NCBI GenBank assembly: GCA_965213685.1
Contig: CBDBZY010000045.1
Span: forward strand, 24,684 to 88,683
Source of the DNA: a bacterium
Lineage (GTDB): Bacteria > UBA8248
Direction: 5' to 3'
DNA: 64,000 nt
The notes beneath the pieces were generated by a model. The model ran no database searches. It worked only from the letters and a program-made list of their open reading frames with translations, and had not been told where the DNA came from. A program made the translations under genes and the position numbers. Each line of letters opens with the position of its first letter. Within the stretch, counting starts at the first letter, position 1. Positions 19,995-29,721 of this stretch are shown piece by piece.

Positions 19995-21293
19995 CTAGGG
20001 CGTTTCCGGCGTGGCCGAGGTTTCCGGATCCGGAGCCGGCACCGGCGAATGGTTCTCTCGCCAGGATGCGAGCGCGCTCCGGAAGGCGTCCATGTCTGGC
20101 GGAATCCGCCCCGGCCTCCCCAGGGCCGCACCCGCCACTTCCGCCGCGTTTTTGCCCGTGCCCGTGCCGATGCAGACGATGGTCTCATCCGCCCCGGGCC
20201 TCTCCGGTCGCTCGGCACCCTCCATCAGGCTGGCCACGGAGGCCGCCGAGGCGGGCTGTAAAAACAGCCCCTCGCTCCTGGCGATCAGGAATTCCGCCGC
20301 CAGGTTGAGCGCATCGCTCACCAGCGCGCCTTGTCCCTCCGAAGCGCGCACGACATCGGCCACGCGGTCGCCCGCACCCGGGGACGGACTCGTGAGACCG
20401 GCCGACTTCGTCCGCACCGCACCCCAGGGCGCCACCTTTCCGCCGGAGCGCAGGGCGCGGACGATGGGCGCGCAGCCATCGGGCTGGACGACGTCTATCG
20501 CCGGCATCCTGTCTATCCATCCCAGAGCCAGCAGCTCCCGGAAGCCCTGGTCCATCGCGAGTGCCATGGTGCCGCCGGCGGTGGGGCAGATGGCGCGGTC
20601 GGGCGCGCGCCAGCCGAGCTTCTCCGCCACCTCGTAGGCCGCCGTCTTCTTCCCCTCGATTCTGTATAAGTTTCGGGGCAGGGCGGCGTGCAGACAGCCC
20701 AACTCTCGGGACGCCTCCTCGGCGAAGCGCGCCCCCACGCCCTGGTCGCCCTCGACGATGAGCGTGAACGCCCCGTAGGCGCCCACCTGGAGGCAGTGAA
20801 CGGACGAGCTGTCCTCGCGCACGAAGCCGATGAACTCCACCCCGCCCCGCGCGCAGTAGGCGCTGAAGGAGGCGGCCGCGTTGCCGGAGGAGGGCAGCAC
20901 GATGCGCCGGACGCCCACCTCCCGGCATTTGCTGACGGTGACCGAGCCGCCGCGGTCCTTGAACGAGCCGGTGGGGTTGCGCGACTCGTCCAGAATGTAG
21001 AGGTTCCTGAACCCGAGCGCCTTGCCCAGCCTCTCCGCGCGGATGAGGGGGGTGTCCCCCTCGACGAGCGAGACCACGTTTTTCGCATCCCGCACGGGCA
21101 GCAGTTCGTGCCAGCGCCAGATGCCCCGGGGCCGACGAGCCACCTCGTCCCTGTCGAGATTGCTCCGGAGCCATTCGACGTCGTAGCTGCCCCGCAGGTT
21201 CCCGCCGGTATCGGGGCAGGTGAAGGGGTGCTGGAGGTCGTCCACGATTTTTCCGGAGTCCAGGCTCAAAAGGCCTTTCAGCGCGCTATACAA
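19995..21293 (-). CDS. Threonine synthase-like PLP enzyme
   Basis: GIWRWHELLP, EGDTPL, NPTGSFKDRG, SSGNAA and RIEGKKT motifs. Confidence 0.88.
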   Translation of the reverse strand: MYSALKGLLSLDSGKIVDDLQHPFTCPDTGGNLRGSYDVEWLRSNLDRDEVARRPRGIWRWHELLPVRDAKNVVSLVEGDTPLIRAERLGKALGFRNLYILDESRNPTGSFKDRGGSVTVSKCREVGVRRIVLPSSGNAAASFSAYCARGGVEFIGFVREDSSSVHCLQVGAYGAFTLIVEGDQGVGARFAEEASRELGCLHAALPRNLYRIEGKKTAAYEVAEKLGWRAPDRAICPTAGGTMALAMDQGFRELLALGWIDRMPAIDVVQPDGCAPIVRALRSGGKVAPWGAVRTKSAGLTSPSPGAGDRVADVVRASEGQGALVSDALNLAAEFLIARSEGLFLQPASAASVASLMEGAERPERPGADETIVCIGTGTGKNAAEVAGAALGRPGRIPPDMDAFRSALASWRENHSPVPAPDPETSATPETP

Positions 21294-21384
21294 GTGCGGT
21301 TCTCCTCGGTTGGCGGCGTTATTTGGCGGCAGGGGGGGAGCGGCCCCCGCGTTTCGGACCTCCGCCCGGATTCCCCCGGCTGGC

Positions 21385-22755
21385 CTAGGCGACGCCCTCT
21401 TCCTTCATGGCCCGCACCCCCGCGCGGAAGGCGGCGAGCGTCTCCTCGATCACGTCGTCCGTGTGGCAGGTGCCCACGAGGGCGCGCGCGCCGTTGAAGT
21501 CCACCCCGTGGAGGATCAGCGCCTGCCGCAGGGCGCGGCTCCTCCGGGCGTCCTTGGAATCCAGGCGCCTCCATTCCACGCCGTCCACCTTCTGGTCCGC
21601 CCCGTCGCGCGGCGGGGCGTCGGCGCCGAAGAAGATTTTCCAGTCGCTGTAGGCGCCATACGCCCTCCACGCCACCGCCTCCTGCGCCAGAATCTCGTTC
21701 ATCCCGTATCGCAGCTTCTCCGCCTGCGCGTTCGCCAGTCTCGTGGCCTCCCCGTCGGCCAGCGAGGAGAGCATGGCGACGCCTGCTGCCGCCGAGACGG
21801 GGTTGGCGTTGAAGGTGCCGTGGTGGGCGATTTTCGCGTGGCGCACAGCCTTCGGATCCGCCGGGGTGGCGAGATGCTCCAGGATGTCCGCCCGCCCGGC
21901 GACGGCGCCGCCCGGCAAGCCCCCCGCGAGTATCTTGGCCAGGCTGGTGAGGTCCGGCGTCACGCCGAAGTGCGCCTGCGCACCGCCCGGGGAGACGCGG
22001 AAGCCGCTCACCACCTCGTCGAAGACGAGCAGGGAGCCCGTCTCCAGGGCGGCTTCTCGGAGCCGGGCCACGAAGTCCCGTCCCATGGGGACGGTGCCGA
22101 AATGCCCGCCGGTCGGCTCGAGGATGACCGCGGCGACCTGCCTCGGCGCCAACGCTGCGCGGACGGCGTCGATGTCGTTGGGCGGGCATACGGTGACGAG
22201 GCTGGCCGCCTCCTCGAGCTGCCCAGCCTCCGGCGCGTTCGTGTAGGGGGGGCGAACGCCGACCTCCAGCCCCTCGTGCCAGCCGTGGAAGTGGCCCGCG
22301 AACTTCACCACGCGCTTTCTGCCCGTGGCGGCGCGCGCGAGCCTGAGCGCCATGTGCGTGGCCTCGGTGCCCGAGGCGGTGAAGCGCACGCGCTCGGCGC
22401 TCGGCACCAGGCGGCGCACCCATTCCCCCCACTCCACCTCTCGCCTGTGGCCGGCGCCGTGGTGGGAGCCCTGGCGCACGGCCTCGAGGGCGGCGGCCTC
22501 GACGTGGGGCGGGTTGTGCCCGAACAAGAGGGCGCCGTGGCCCATCCAGTAGTCCACATAGCGGTTGCCGTCCACGTCCCACTTGTAGGCGCCGCGGGCG
22601 CGCTCGACGTAGATGGGAAACGGGCGCATCCTGCGATTGTCGTGCGTCACCCCGTCGGGAAAAATTTCCTTCGCCCGCTCGAACAGGGCGCGCGAGGCGG
22701 GCAGCGATTCGGCGTAGGCGTCGGCGAGTCTGGGCGTGTCCGTTGGCTGCTGCAT
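21385..22755 (-). CDS. Class III aminotransferase (glutamate-1-semialdehyde aminomutase-like)
   Basis: WDVDGNRYVDY, SGTEAT, FDEVVSGFR, PDLTSLAKILAGG and GTFNANP motifs. Confidence 0.9.
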   Translation of the reverse strand: MQQPTDTPRLADAYAESLPASRALFERAKEIFPDGVTHDNRRMRPFPIYVERARGAYKWDVDGNRYVDYWMGHGALLFGHNPPHVEAAALEAVRQGSHHGAGHRREVEWGEWVRRLVPSAERVRFTASGTEATHMALRLARAATGRKRVVKFAGHFHGWHEGLEVGVRPPYTNAPEAGQLEEAASLVTVCPPNDIDAVRAALAPRQVAAVILEPTGGHFGTVPMGRDFVARLREAALETGSLLVFDEVVSGFRVSPGGAQAHFGVTPDLTSLAKILAGGLPGGAVAGRADILEHLATPADPKAVRHAKIAHHGTFNANPVSAAAGVAMLSSLADGEATRLANAQAEKLRYGMNEILAQEAVAWRAYGAYSDWKIFFGADAPPRDGADQKVDGVEWRRLDSKDARRSRALRQALILHGVDFNGARALVGTCHTDDVIEETLAAFRAGVRAMKEEGVA

Positions 22756-23056
22756 GGAGAAATCTCCCGTGGGAGCGGGTCTCGAAGCCTGAAGTCTCAT
22801 ATGGCGGCACCACGCTACGCCCAACCCGCGGCCGGCGTCAAGGGAAGCGCCCCTCCTCGAGGCAGGGGAGGGAAAAGCCTTGCGACGCTTCTCCTCCTCC
22901 CTCGTCAGCCTCGAAGCGTGCGAGGACCGCACTGCGCGCGTCCGGGAGAAAAGCCTCGTGGCGCCGCCTCTCCTCCCTTGTCAACCTGCCCCCGAATGTT
23001 CATGATCCCGTGTGTCTGCTGGATGCATTACTCTTCCGCTCGTCCTGGAGGTTTCC

Positions 23057-23995
23057 ATGCCCGGCTACGATCACGCGAAAGTATGGCTCAACGGCAAGGT
23101 GGTGCCGCCCGAGGAGGCGAAGATCAGCGTTTTCAGCCAGGCCGTTCTCAGGGGTTCGAGCGTGTATGAGGGGATTCGCGCCTATTGGAGCGCGGAGCGC
23201 GAGAACCTGTTTCTCTGGAAGATGGCCCCCCACATCCGGCGGCTTTTCGATTCGATGAAGGTGATGCGGATGACCCCGCCCTATACGGCGGAGGAGTTTC
23301 AGGAGGCCGTCATCGAATGGATACGGGCGAATGGCTTCCGCGAGGACATCCACTTTCGGCTCAACGTGTATTTTGACGATGCGGGGCCTCTGGACATGAA
23401 GGGCTATGCGGCCGAGGAGGTGGACACCTGCGTCTTCATCAGCGGGGGGCCGAACAGCAATCGCAGGCGCCAGGAGCGCGGCGTGAACCTGTGCGTGAGC
23501 AGCTGGCGCCGGATTTCGGACGATTCCGTGCCCCCGCGCGTCAAGGCGTCGGCCAACTATCAGAACAGCCGGCTCGCGGGGGTCGAGGCCCGGGTGAACG
23601 GATATGACGACGCCATCCTGCTGAACCACAACGGCAAGGTGGCCGAGGGCACGGGCACGTGCGTGATGATCGTCCGCGAGGGGAAGCTCATCACGCCGCC
23701 GGTGACCGACTCCATCCTGGAGAGCATCACGCGCGACAGCGCACTCGAGATGTTTGCCCGGCACCTGGGCCCGGCGCCGGTGGAGCGCTCTGTGGATCGC
23801 ACGGAAATCTACGTGGCCGATGAGGCGATGGTATGCGGATCGGCAGCCGAGGTGGCGCCGGTTCTCTCGCTCGACCGCATCCCGATCGGAGACGGAAAAC
23901 CCGGAAAAATCACGCGCCGGCTGCAGGAGATTTTCTACGCCGCCGCCCGGGGCGCGGATGAAGCCTACGAAAAGGACATTTCGCCCGTCTATTGA
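23057..23995 (+). CDS. Branched-chain amino acid aminotransferase (class IV)
   Basis: VYEGIRAY, KASANYQNS, ILESITR and CGSAAEV motifs. Confidence 0.9.
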   Translation: MPGYDHAKVWLNGKVVPPEEAKISVFSQAVLRGSSVYEGIRAYWSAERENLFLWKMAPHIRRLFDSMKVMRMTPPYTAEEFQEAVIEWIRANGFREDIHFRLNVYFDDAGPLDMKGYAAEEVDTCVFISGGPNSNRRRQERGVNLCVSSWRRISDDSVPPRVKASANYQNSRLAGVEARVNGYDDAILLNHNGKVAEGTGTCVMIVREGKLITPPVTDSILESITRDSALEMFARHLGPAPVERSVDRTEIYVADEAMVCGSAAEVAPVLSLDRIPIGDGKPGKITRRLQEIFYAAARGADEAYEKDISPVY

Positions 23996-24091
23996 TGATG
24001 GGGAGAGGGCCGCTCCCCCGCAGGCGCGGGCGACCCTCTTTTCGCTGTCGCCCAGCGCACGCCTTCCTTCCCGTGAAAAGGTGCCGGCGCG

Positions 24092-25240
24092 TCAACCTAG
24101 GTGGCGGAATACCTCGCCCACAATCCGCATCCCCTTCTCGATCGCCTCCTCCTCCACCGAATAGGTGAAGCGCAGGTGGCCCTCTCCCGCGTCGCCGAAC
24201 TCCGAGCCGCTGCGGATCGCGGCCCCGGCCTCCCAGATGCGCTTTCGCACCTCGACGGAGGGAATCGGGTATTCATACCGGCAGTATTGATAGAAGCCGC
24301 CCTGGGGCTGGATGGGAATCAGTCCGGGGATGGCCTGCGTCATCTCATGGATGAGGCGGCCCCGCCTGTGGTATTCGCGTCCCATTTGCGCCACGCATTC
24401 CTGGGAGCCTCTCAGGGCGGCGGCGCCCGCGCGCTGGACGAAGGTGTTGATCGGCCCGTTGATCGCGCGGTGAACGCCGAACATCGTCCGGGCCAAATCC
24501 TCCGGAACGGCCATGTAGCCCAGACGCCAGCCGGTCATCGAATAGGTCTTGGAAAAGGTGTCGAGGAGGACGAGGCGCGCCCTGTGTCCGGTGAACGAGA
24601 GGAGGGGGACGTGCTGGAAGCCGGGCTGGAGGATTTTCGCGTACGCCTCATCCGATACGACCATGAGGTCGCGCTCCGCCGCGAGTTCGACCAGCCCCTC
24701 CAGCTCCTCGCGCCGATAGACCACGCCCGTGGGGTTGTTCGGGTTGTTCATGAAAATCAGGCGCGTCCTCGGGGTGATGGCGCGGCGAACGGCCTCGACG
24801 TCGATATGATAGTCCGCGTCGTGCGGCACCTCCACCGGGACGGCGCCTATCTGCCGCGCGACGTGGGAGTAGAGGGAAAAGGTGGGGTCCATCAGTATCG
24901 CCTCATCCCCCGGGTCGAGGAACGTCGTCATGACGGCGTATATGCCGGAGCTCGCCCCGTTCGTGGCGATGATGGACGCGGGCGCATACTCCGCCCCCGC
25001 CTCGCGCGCGATGTGCTCGCACACGGCCTCGAGGAACTGCGGATCCCCCTGGCCCGGGGCATAGCCCGTCAGTCCCTGGTCGAGCGCCTCCTTGGCGGCG
25101 GAGCGGATGTGCTCGGGCGTGGGGAAGTCGGGCGTTCCCGAATCCAGACGCACCATGCCCGGCGGCCTTCGGGCCGTCATGTGGGCGGCGCGCTCCCCGC
25201 CCGAGGTTTCGGCGACGTTTCTGGCGATGCGTCTTTTCAT
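24092..25240 (-). CDS. Class I/II pyridoxal-phosphate aminotransferase
   Basis: GTPDFPTP, NNPNNPTG, SDEAY and FSKTYSMTGWRLG motifs. Confidence 0.92.
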   Translation of the reverse strand: MKRRIARNVAETSGGERAAHMTARRPPGMVRLDSGTPDFPTPEHIRSAAKEALDQGLTGYAPGQGDPQFLEAVCEHIAREAGAEYAPASIIATNGASSGIYAVMTTFLDPGDEAILMDPTFSLYSHVARQIGAVPVEVPHDADYHIDVEAVRRAITPRTRLIFMNNPNNPTGVVYRREELEGLVELAAERDLMVVSDEAYAKILQPGFQHVPLLSFTGHRARLVLLDTFSKTYSMTGWRLGYMAVPEDLARTMFGVHRAINGPINTFVQRAGAAALRGSQECVAQMGREYHRRGRLIHEMTQAIPGLIPIQPQGGFYQYCRYEYPIPSVEVRKRIWEAGAAIRSGSEFGDAGEGHLRFTYSVEEEAIEKGMRIVGEVFRHLG

Positions 25241-25370
25241 GTTCTCTCCTGGAGTGAGCGGGTCATGCGGCTGTGAGCGGCGCGCGGGCCCGCCCCTGGT
25301 TCGTGATGCGCGCCATTTCGCCGGTTTGCCTCCGGGAATATCCCCGGAACCCGCGGTGCGCGGGAAAATT

Positions 25371-26171
25371 TCACCCCTCCCCGGGCGCCCAGGCGGGCGG
25401 GCGCCCCTCGCGCGCCGCAGCCATGCCCTCCTGCGGCTCGCCGGTTCGGTAGGAAGCCTCGAAGGCGTCGATGGAGGGCGGAACGGCCGCCTCCAGATAG
25501 CCTTGCGTCCACCGCCACAGCAGCTTCTTCTGGGCGCGCAGCGCCTCCGGGGCAGCCCGGAGAAGCTGCGCGGCGACTTGCTCCGTCGTCTCCTGCAGAG
25601 CCTCGGACGGACATATCCGCTGGACGAGTCCTGCGCGATGCGCCTCCGGTGCGCCGAACGTCCTGCCGGTGAGCAGCAAGTCCTGCGCTGTGCCGAGACC
25701 GCAAAAAGGCAGAAACAGCGCCGCCTCGATGACGGAGGGCACGCCCACCCGCACCTCAGGCATCCCGAAGCGCGCGTCGTTCGCCGCGATGCGCAAATCG
25801 CTCCCCAGCGCCAGCTCCAGCGCACCGCCGAGGACGTGGCCGTGGCATTTGCAGACCACGGGGAACGGAAATTCGCGGAGGCGGCGGATGAGGCCATGGA
25901 CGTTCGAGATGAAGCCCCGCGCGGTTTTCTGCGTGAGCGCGCCCATTTCGGCCACGTCGGCCCCGGCGGAGAAGGCGGTCCCCGCCCCCTCGAGGATCAG
26001 GACGCGCAGGGAGTCCTCTCCCTCCATCGCCGCCATCGCCGCCATCGCCTGACGGATCATCGCCGCGTTGATGGCGTTTCTCTTCTCGGGACGGTTCAGC
26101 GTGAGGGTGGCGATCGGACCCTCCCGCTTCAAGAGAACCAGGGGGTTTGTGGCTGTTGTCGTTGGCGGCAT
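25371..26171 (-). CDS. Enoyl-CoA hydratase/isomerase family protein
   Basis: LNRPEKRNAI, AFSAGAD, GGALEL and FGMPEV motifs. Confidence 0.9.
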   Translation of the reverse strand: MPPTTTATNPLVLLKREGPIATLTLNRPEKRNAINAAMIRQAMAAMAAMEGEDSLRVLILEGAGTAFSAGADVAEMGALTQKTARGFISNVHGLIRRLREFPFPVVCKCHGHVLGGALELALGSDLRIAANDARFGMPEVRVGVPSVIEAALFLPFCGLGTAQDLLLTGRTFGAPEAHRAGLVQRICPSEALQETTEQVAAQLLRAAPEALRAQKKLLWRWTQGYLEAAVPPSIDAFEASYRTGEPQEGMAAAREGRPPAWAPGEG

Positions 26172-26513
26172 TTTTTTGCGACATCCTCCCCGAAAGCCGG
26201 TCCGACGCGCGATGCGGGCCTGGAGGGAACGATAAGGGTAAGGGGGGCATGACCCCGCGCGCCCGCATGATGGATATGATACGTTTTTGCGTCCGGAAAA
26301 ACGAGGCGGACGCCGCTTCAGGGAAGGGGAGGCGTCCATCCGCAGAGAGGGCGCGCGCGCGCCCATCGCCCGAAGTCCGGGGGGTTCGCCGCCGTCTTTT
26401 CGCGGGAATCTTGACGCTCCGGGTCCGAAGTGCTAGCAATTTTCCACCGTCCGCCTCGCCGCTTCCCGCGCGAAAACGAACGGAACGAATCTCTCCTGGA
26501 CCGGAGGTGGCGC

Positions 26514-27734
26514 TTGGCCCGCCTGCTCGAAAACGATTCCCTGACGCTACTGAAACAAGGCGGCGTTCCCGTGCCGGACTTCGAGGTTTGCGCCAGTGCG
26601 GACGAGGCGGCCCGCGCCCTCGCGCGCCTGGGCGGGCGCGTCGTCATCAAGGCGCTCGTGCCGGTCGGGAAGCGGGGCAGGGCGGGCGCGGTGAAGTTCG
26701 CCGCCTCGGCGGATGCGGCCCGCGCGCGCGCCGGCGCCATTCTGGGGATGGAGGTGCGGCGCTTCCCCGTGCGCCGTCTCATCGTGATGGAGGCGCTCGA
26801 CATCCGGCGCGAGATATTCTGCTCCATCTCCTTCGACGCGGGGAGGAAATGCCCGCTCATCCTCTTCAGCGCCGAGGGGGGCGTGGACGTCGAGGAGCTG
26901 GCCGAGAAGCAGCCTGACAAGCTTCTGGAATGGCCCGTGAACATCATGGAGGGGCTGGACGCCGGGGACGCCGTCCGTCTGGCGCAGAGCGCAGGACTCC
27001 CGGACGACCTCGCCGAACGGGTCGGGCGCGCCGTTCTGGCGATGTATCAGGTGTTCTGCGCCCGCGACTGCGAGATGGTGGAGGTGAACCCGCTGGCGGA
27101 GCTGGCCGATGGCCGCGTGGTGGCGGCGGCGGGCGTGGCGCAGATTGACGAGCAGGCGCTTTTTCGTCATCCGGACCTGGCGGCCATGCTGGGTGAGGAG
27201 GGGGGAAACGGCTGGCGACCGCTGACCCCGCTCGAGCGGCGGATGCGCGCCATCGACGCCATCGACCCCCACGTGGGCGCCATTCGCTTCAGCGAGCTCG
27301 ACGGCGACATCGGCTTCATGGTCACCGGCGGCGGCTATGGCCTCTCCAGCCTGGAGGCTCTCCTGGACCTCGGAGGAAGACCGGCCACCACGTTCGACAT
27401 CACGCCCGGCCGCTATGAGGAGAAGATGTGCGAGGCGGTCAAGGCGGTGCTCTCCAAGCCCGGCATCCGGGGGCTCGTGCTGGCGGGGAACGTGAGCAAC
27501 TTCACGCGGGTGGACGTCAAGGTGGCGGGAGTGGTTCGCGCCCTCCGGGAGGCGGGGCTGGATTACAACAAGTTTCCCGTCGTCGTCCGCTACGCCGGCC
27601 CGGGGGCCGAGGAGGCGCGGCGGCTCATCGCCCAGGTTCCGGGCGTGGAATGGCACGAGGAGGAGGCGTCGATAGAGGACGTCGCCTGTCGCATCGTGGC
27701 GCGCGCGTACGGGAGGAGGGGGGCCGCGAATTGA
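26514..27734 (+). CDS. Succinyl-CoA synthetase beta-like ATP-grasp CoA ligase subunit (divergent)
   Basis: VIKALVPVGKRGRAG, EGGVDVEE and EVNPL motifs. TTG start after GGAGGT. Confidence 0.82.
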   Translation: MARLLENDSLTLLKQGGVPVPDFEVCASADEAARALARLGGRVVIKALVPVGKRGRAGAVKFAASADAARARAGAILGMEVRRFPVRRLIVMEALDIRREIFCSISFDAGRKCPLILFSAEGGVDVEELAEKQPDKLLEWPVNIMEGLDAGDAVRLAQSAGLPDDLAERVGRAVLAMYQVFCARDCEMVEVNPLAELADGRVVAAAGVAQIDEQALFRHPDLAAMLGEEGGNGWRPLTPLERRMRAIDAIDPHVGAIRFSELDGDIGFMVTGGGYGLSSLEALLDLGGRPATTFDITPGRYEEKMCEAVKAVLSKPGIRGLVLAGNVSNFTRVDVKVAGVVRALREAGLDYNKFPVVVRYAGPGAEEARRLIAQVPGVEWHEEEASIEDVACRIVARAYGRRGAAN

Positions 27735-28666
27735 GCATTTTGCTGGACTCGGCGACGCGGGTGCTCGTGCAGGGGGTGACGGGGGCGGAAGCGCGGAGGC
27801 TACTGCCCACCATGACCTCCTATGGCACCCGCGTGGTGGCGGGCGTGTCTCCCGGCAAGGGGGGAGAGGCGGTGGACGGCGTGCCGGTGTATGACGCGGT
27901 GGAGGACGCGGTGCGCGCCCACGAGGCGGACCTCTCCGTGCTGTTCGTGCCGGCGCGCTTCGTGCGCGACGCCGCCCTGGAGGCGATAGAGGCGGGCGTG
28001 CCCACCATCCACATTCTGGCGGAGGGCGTGCCCCACCATGACGCTTGCGCACTGCTGGCGCGCGCGGCGGAGAGGGGCACCTTCGTCATCGGCCCCAACA
28101 GCCAGGGCATGGTGAGTCCGGGGAAGGCGAAGGTCGGCGGCACGGGGGGCGAGGTGCCGGACCTCATGTTCCGCCCGGGACCTGTGGGCGTGGTGAGCAG
28201 AAGCGGGGGGATGGGCGCCGAGATTTGCCTGTTTCTGACGCGCGCGGGCATCGGCCAGAGCACCTATGTGGCCCTGGGCGGCGACCTGCTCATCGGCGCC
28301 TCTTTTGTCGAAATGCTCGCCTTGTTCGAGAACGACCCCGAGACCCGGGCCGTTGTCCTGTTCGGAGAACCCGGCACGGACAGGGAGGAGGCGGCGGCCC
28401 GCTTCATCGCCTCGGGCGGGTTCACCAAGCCTGCCGTGGCCATGATACCCGGCGAGTTTTGGGAGACGTCCCCCACGCCGGCGAGCGTGAGCCATACCGG
28501 CGCGCTCATCGAGCGGGGCCGGGGCGCGCCCTCCCGGAAGAAGAAGATGCTGCGGGAGGCCGGCGTCTCGGTGGCCGAGAAATTCTCCGACATCGTGCCC
28601 CTGGTCGAACGGGCGCTGCGGGAAGCGCCGGGCAAAGCGGCCGAACCGGACCCTGCGCCGATTTGA
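27731..28666 (+). CDS. Succinyl-CoA synthetase alpha-like CoA-binding subunit
   Basis: VLVQGVTG, IGPNSQG, SRSGG and the phospho-His motif SHTGA. Confidence 0.85.
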   Translation: MSILLDSATRVLVQGVTGAEARRLLPTMTSYGTRVVAGVSPGKGGEAVDGVPVYDAVEDAVRAHEADLSVLFVPARFVRDAALEAIEAGVPTIHILAEGVPHHDACALLARAAERGTFVIGPNSQGMVSPGKAKVGGTGGEVPDLMFRPGPVGVVSRSGGMGAEICLFLTRAGIGQSTYVALGGDLLIGASFVEMLALFENDPETRAVVLFGEPGTDREEAAARFIASGGFTKPAVAMIPGEFWETSPTPASVSHTGALIERGRGAPSRKKKMLREAGVSVAEKFSDIVPLVERALREAPGKAAEPDPAPI

Positions 28667-28846
28667 CCCCTTGTCGGACGCAAGCGCCGCCGCCGGAAGG
28701 GAGGGGATTTATTTGCGCGCGCGCTCCCGCCGACCTCGCCGGCCCTCCCCGGGCGCGCCTCCCCACGCCGTTTCCGCCTCCCTTGGGGGGATGGCGCGCG
28801 GGGCGCATCGCCCGCCCTGCAGGGCCAGTCCCCGGAATTTTTGGGA

Positions 28847-28875
28847 TTGCCCCGGATATCCCGAAACGATATAAT
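28847..28875 (+). promoter_or_regulatory. Sigma70 promoter for the first peptide unit
   Basis: TTGCCC (28847-52), N17, TATAAT (28870-75); predicted +1 near 28882. Confidence 0.65.
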
Positions 28876-28967
28876 CGGGTTGGTTGCGGGGACGTTGCGT
28901 CCGGTTCTTGGCGCGCCGCACAACGAGGGAATTCACATCTCGTCGTAGCAAACCGGAGGGTGCGAGA

Positions 28968-29135
28968 ATGAATGAATCGGCTGAGAAAGACAAAGTGGTT
29001 GCGAAGGAGACCGAAGAGAAGGATCGGGAGTTGAGCGACAAGGAGGTGGATGAGGCCAAGGTGTCGGGAGGAACGGACAGCTCGATAGCGGATACGGGAA
29101 GAGCCCAGGGCCAGAGGTGGGGTCACAGGATATAG
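28968..29135 (+). CDS. Double-glycine-leader peptide precursor 1 (55 aa)
   Basis: MNESAEKDKVVAKETEEKDRELSDKEVDEAKVSGG|TDSSIADTGRAQGQRWGHRI, with GGAGG RBS. Confidence 0.75.
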   Translation: MNESAEKDKVVAKETEEKDRELSDKEVDEAKVSGGTDSSIADTGRAQGQRWGHRI

Positions 29136-29338
29136 CCCGGGGGGAGTGCATCGCCCCGGGAGGGCAGGGCGGACGTTGGACGCACGGGTCGGCGTCTTCA
29201 TATCATGGTGCCCCCTCCGTTCGCGTCCAGATGATCGGGCTGGTTGTCGCGGTGATGTGTGCCTGGTTCGTAGGCGCACCGCACACAGGCGGGGAAATGT
29301 GAATCCACAGTCGTTGCAATAAACCGGAGGATGCGAGG

Positions 29339-29518
29339 ATGAATGAATCGGCTGCGAAGGAGACCGAAGGGAAGGATCGGGAGTTGAGCGACGAGGAGAT
29401 GGAGGAGGCCCAGGTGTCGGGAGGAACGGGCGACTCGGCGTCGGAGGGAAAACTCCCGGATGAGGATGCGAACAAATTCAATCAGCAGCACTACCTCAAC
29501 AGGGTCCCTCGGCCGTAG
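29339..29518 (+). CDS. Double-glycine-leader peptide precursor 2 (59 aa; not in the ORF track)
   Basis: Manual translation MNESAAKETEGKDRELSDEEMEEAQVSGG|TGDSASEGKLPDEDANKFNQQHYLNRVPRP, with GGAGG RBS. Confidence 0.78.
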   Translation: MNESAAKETEGKDRELSDEEMEEAQVSGGTGDSASEGKLPDEDANKFNQQHYLNRVPRP

Positions 29519-29721
29519 CCCTGGGGGGGGGGGGAGCACCGCTCCTCGGGACGGGCCCTGGCGGGTATTGTGAGGGATCGCCCTGTAGCCCTCCCGAAAC
29601 GCGCGATATAGCGATACGGAGAGGCTGGTTGCGGGGACGCGCGGAGTCCGCTTCGTGTTGTGCCGCGCACAGCACGGGGAAATGAATCCGGAGTCGTCGC
29701 GGCAAACCGGAGGATGCGGGA

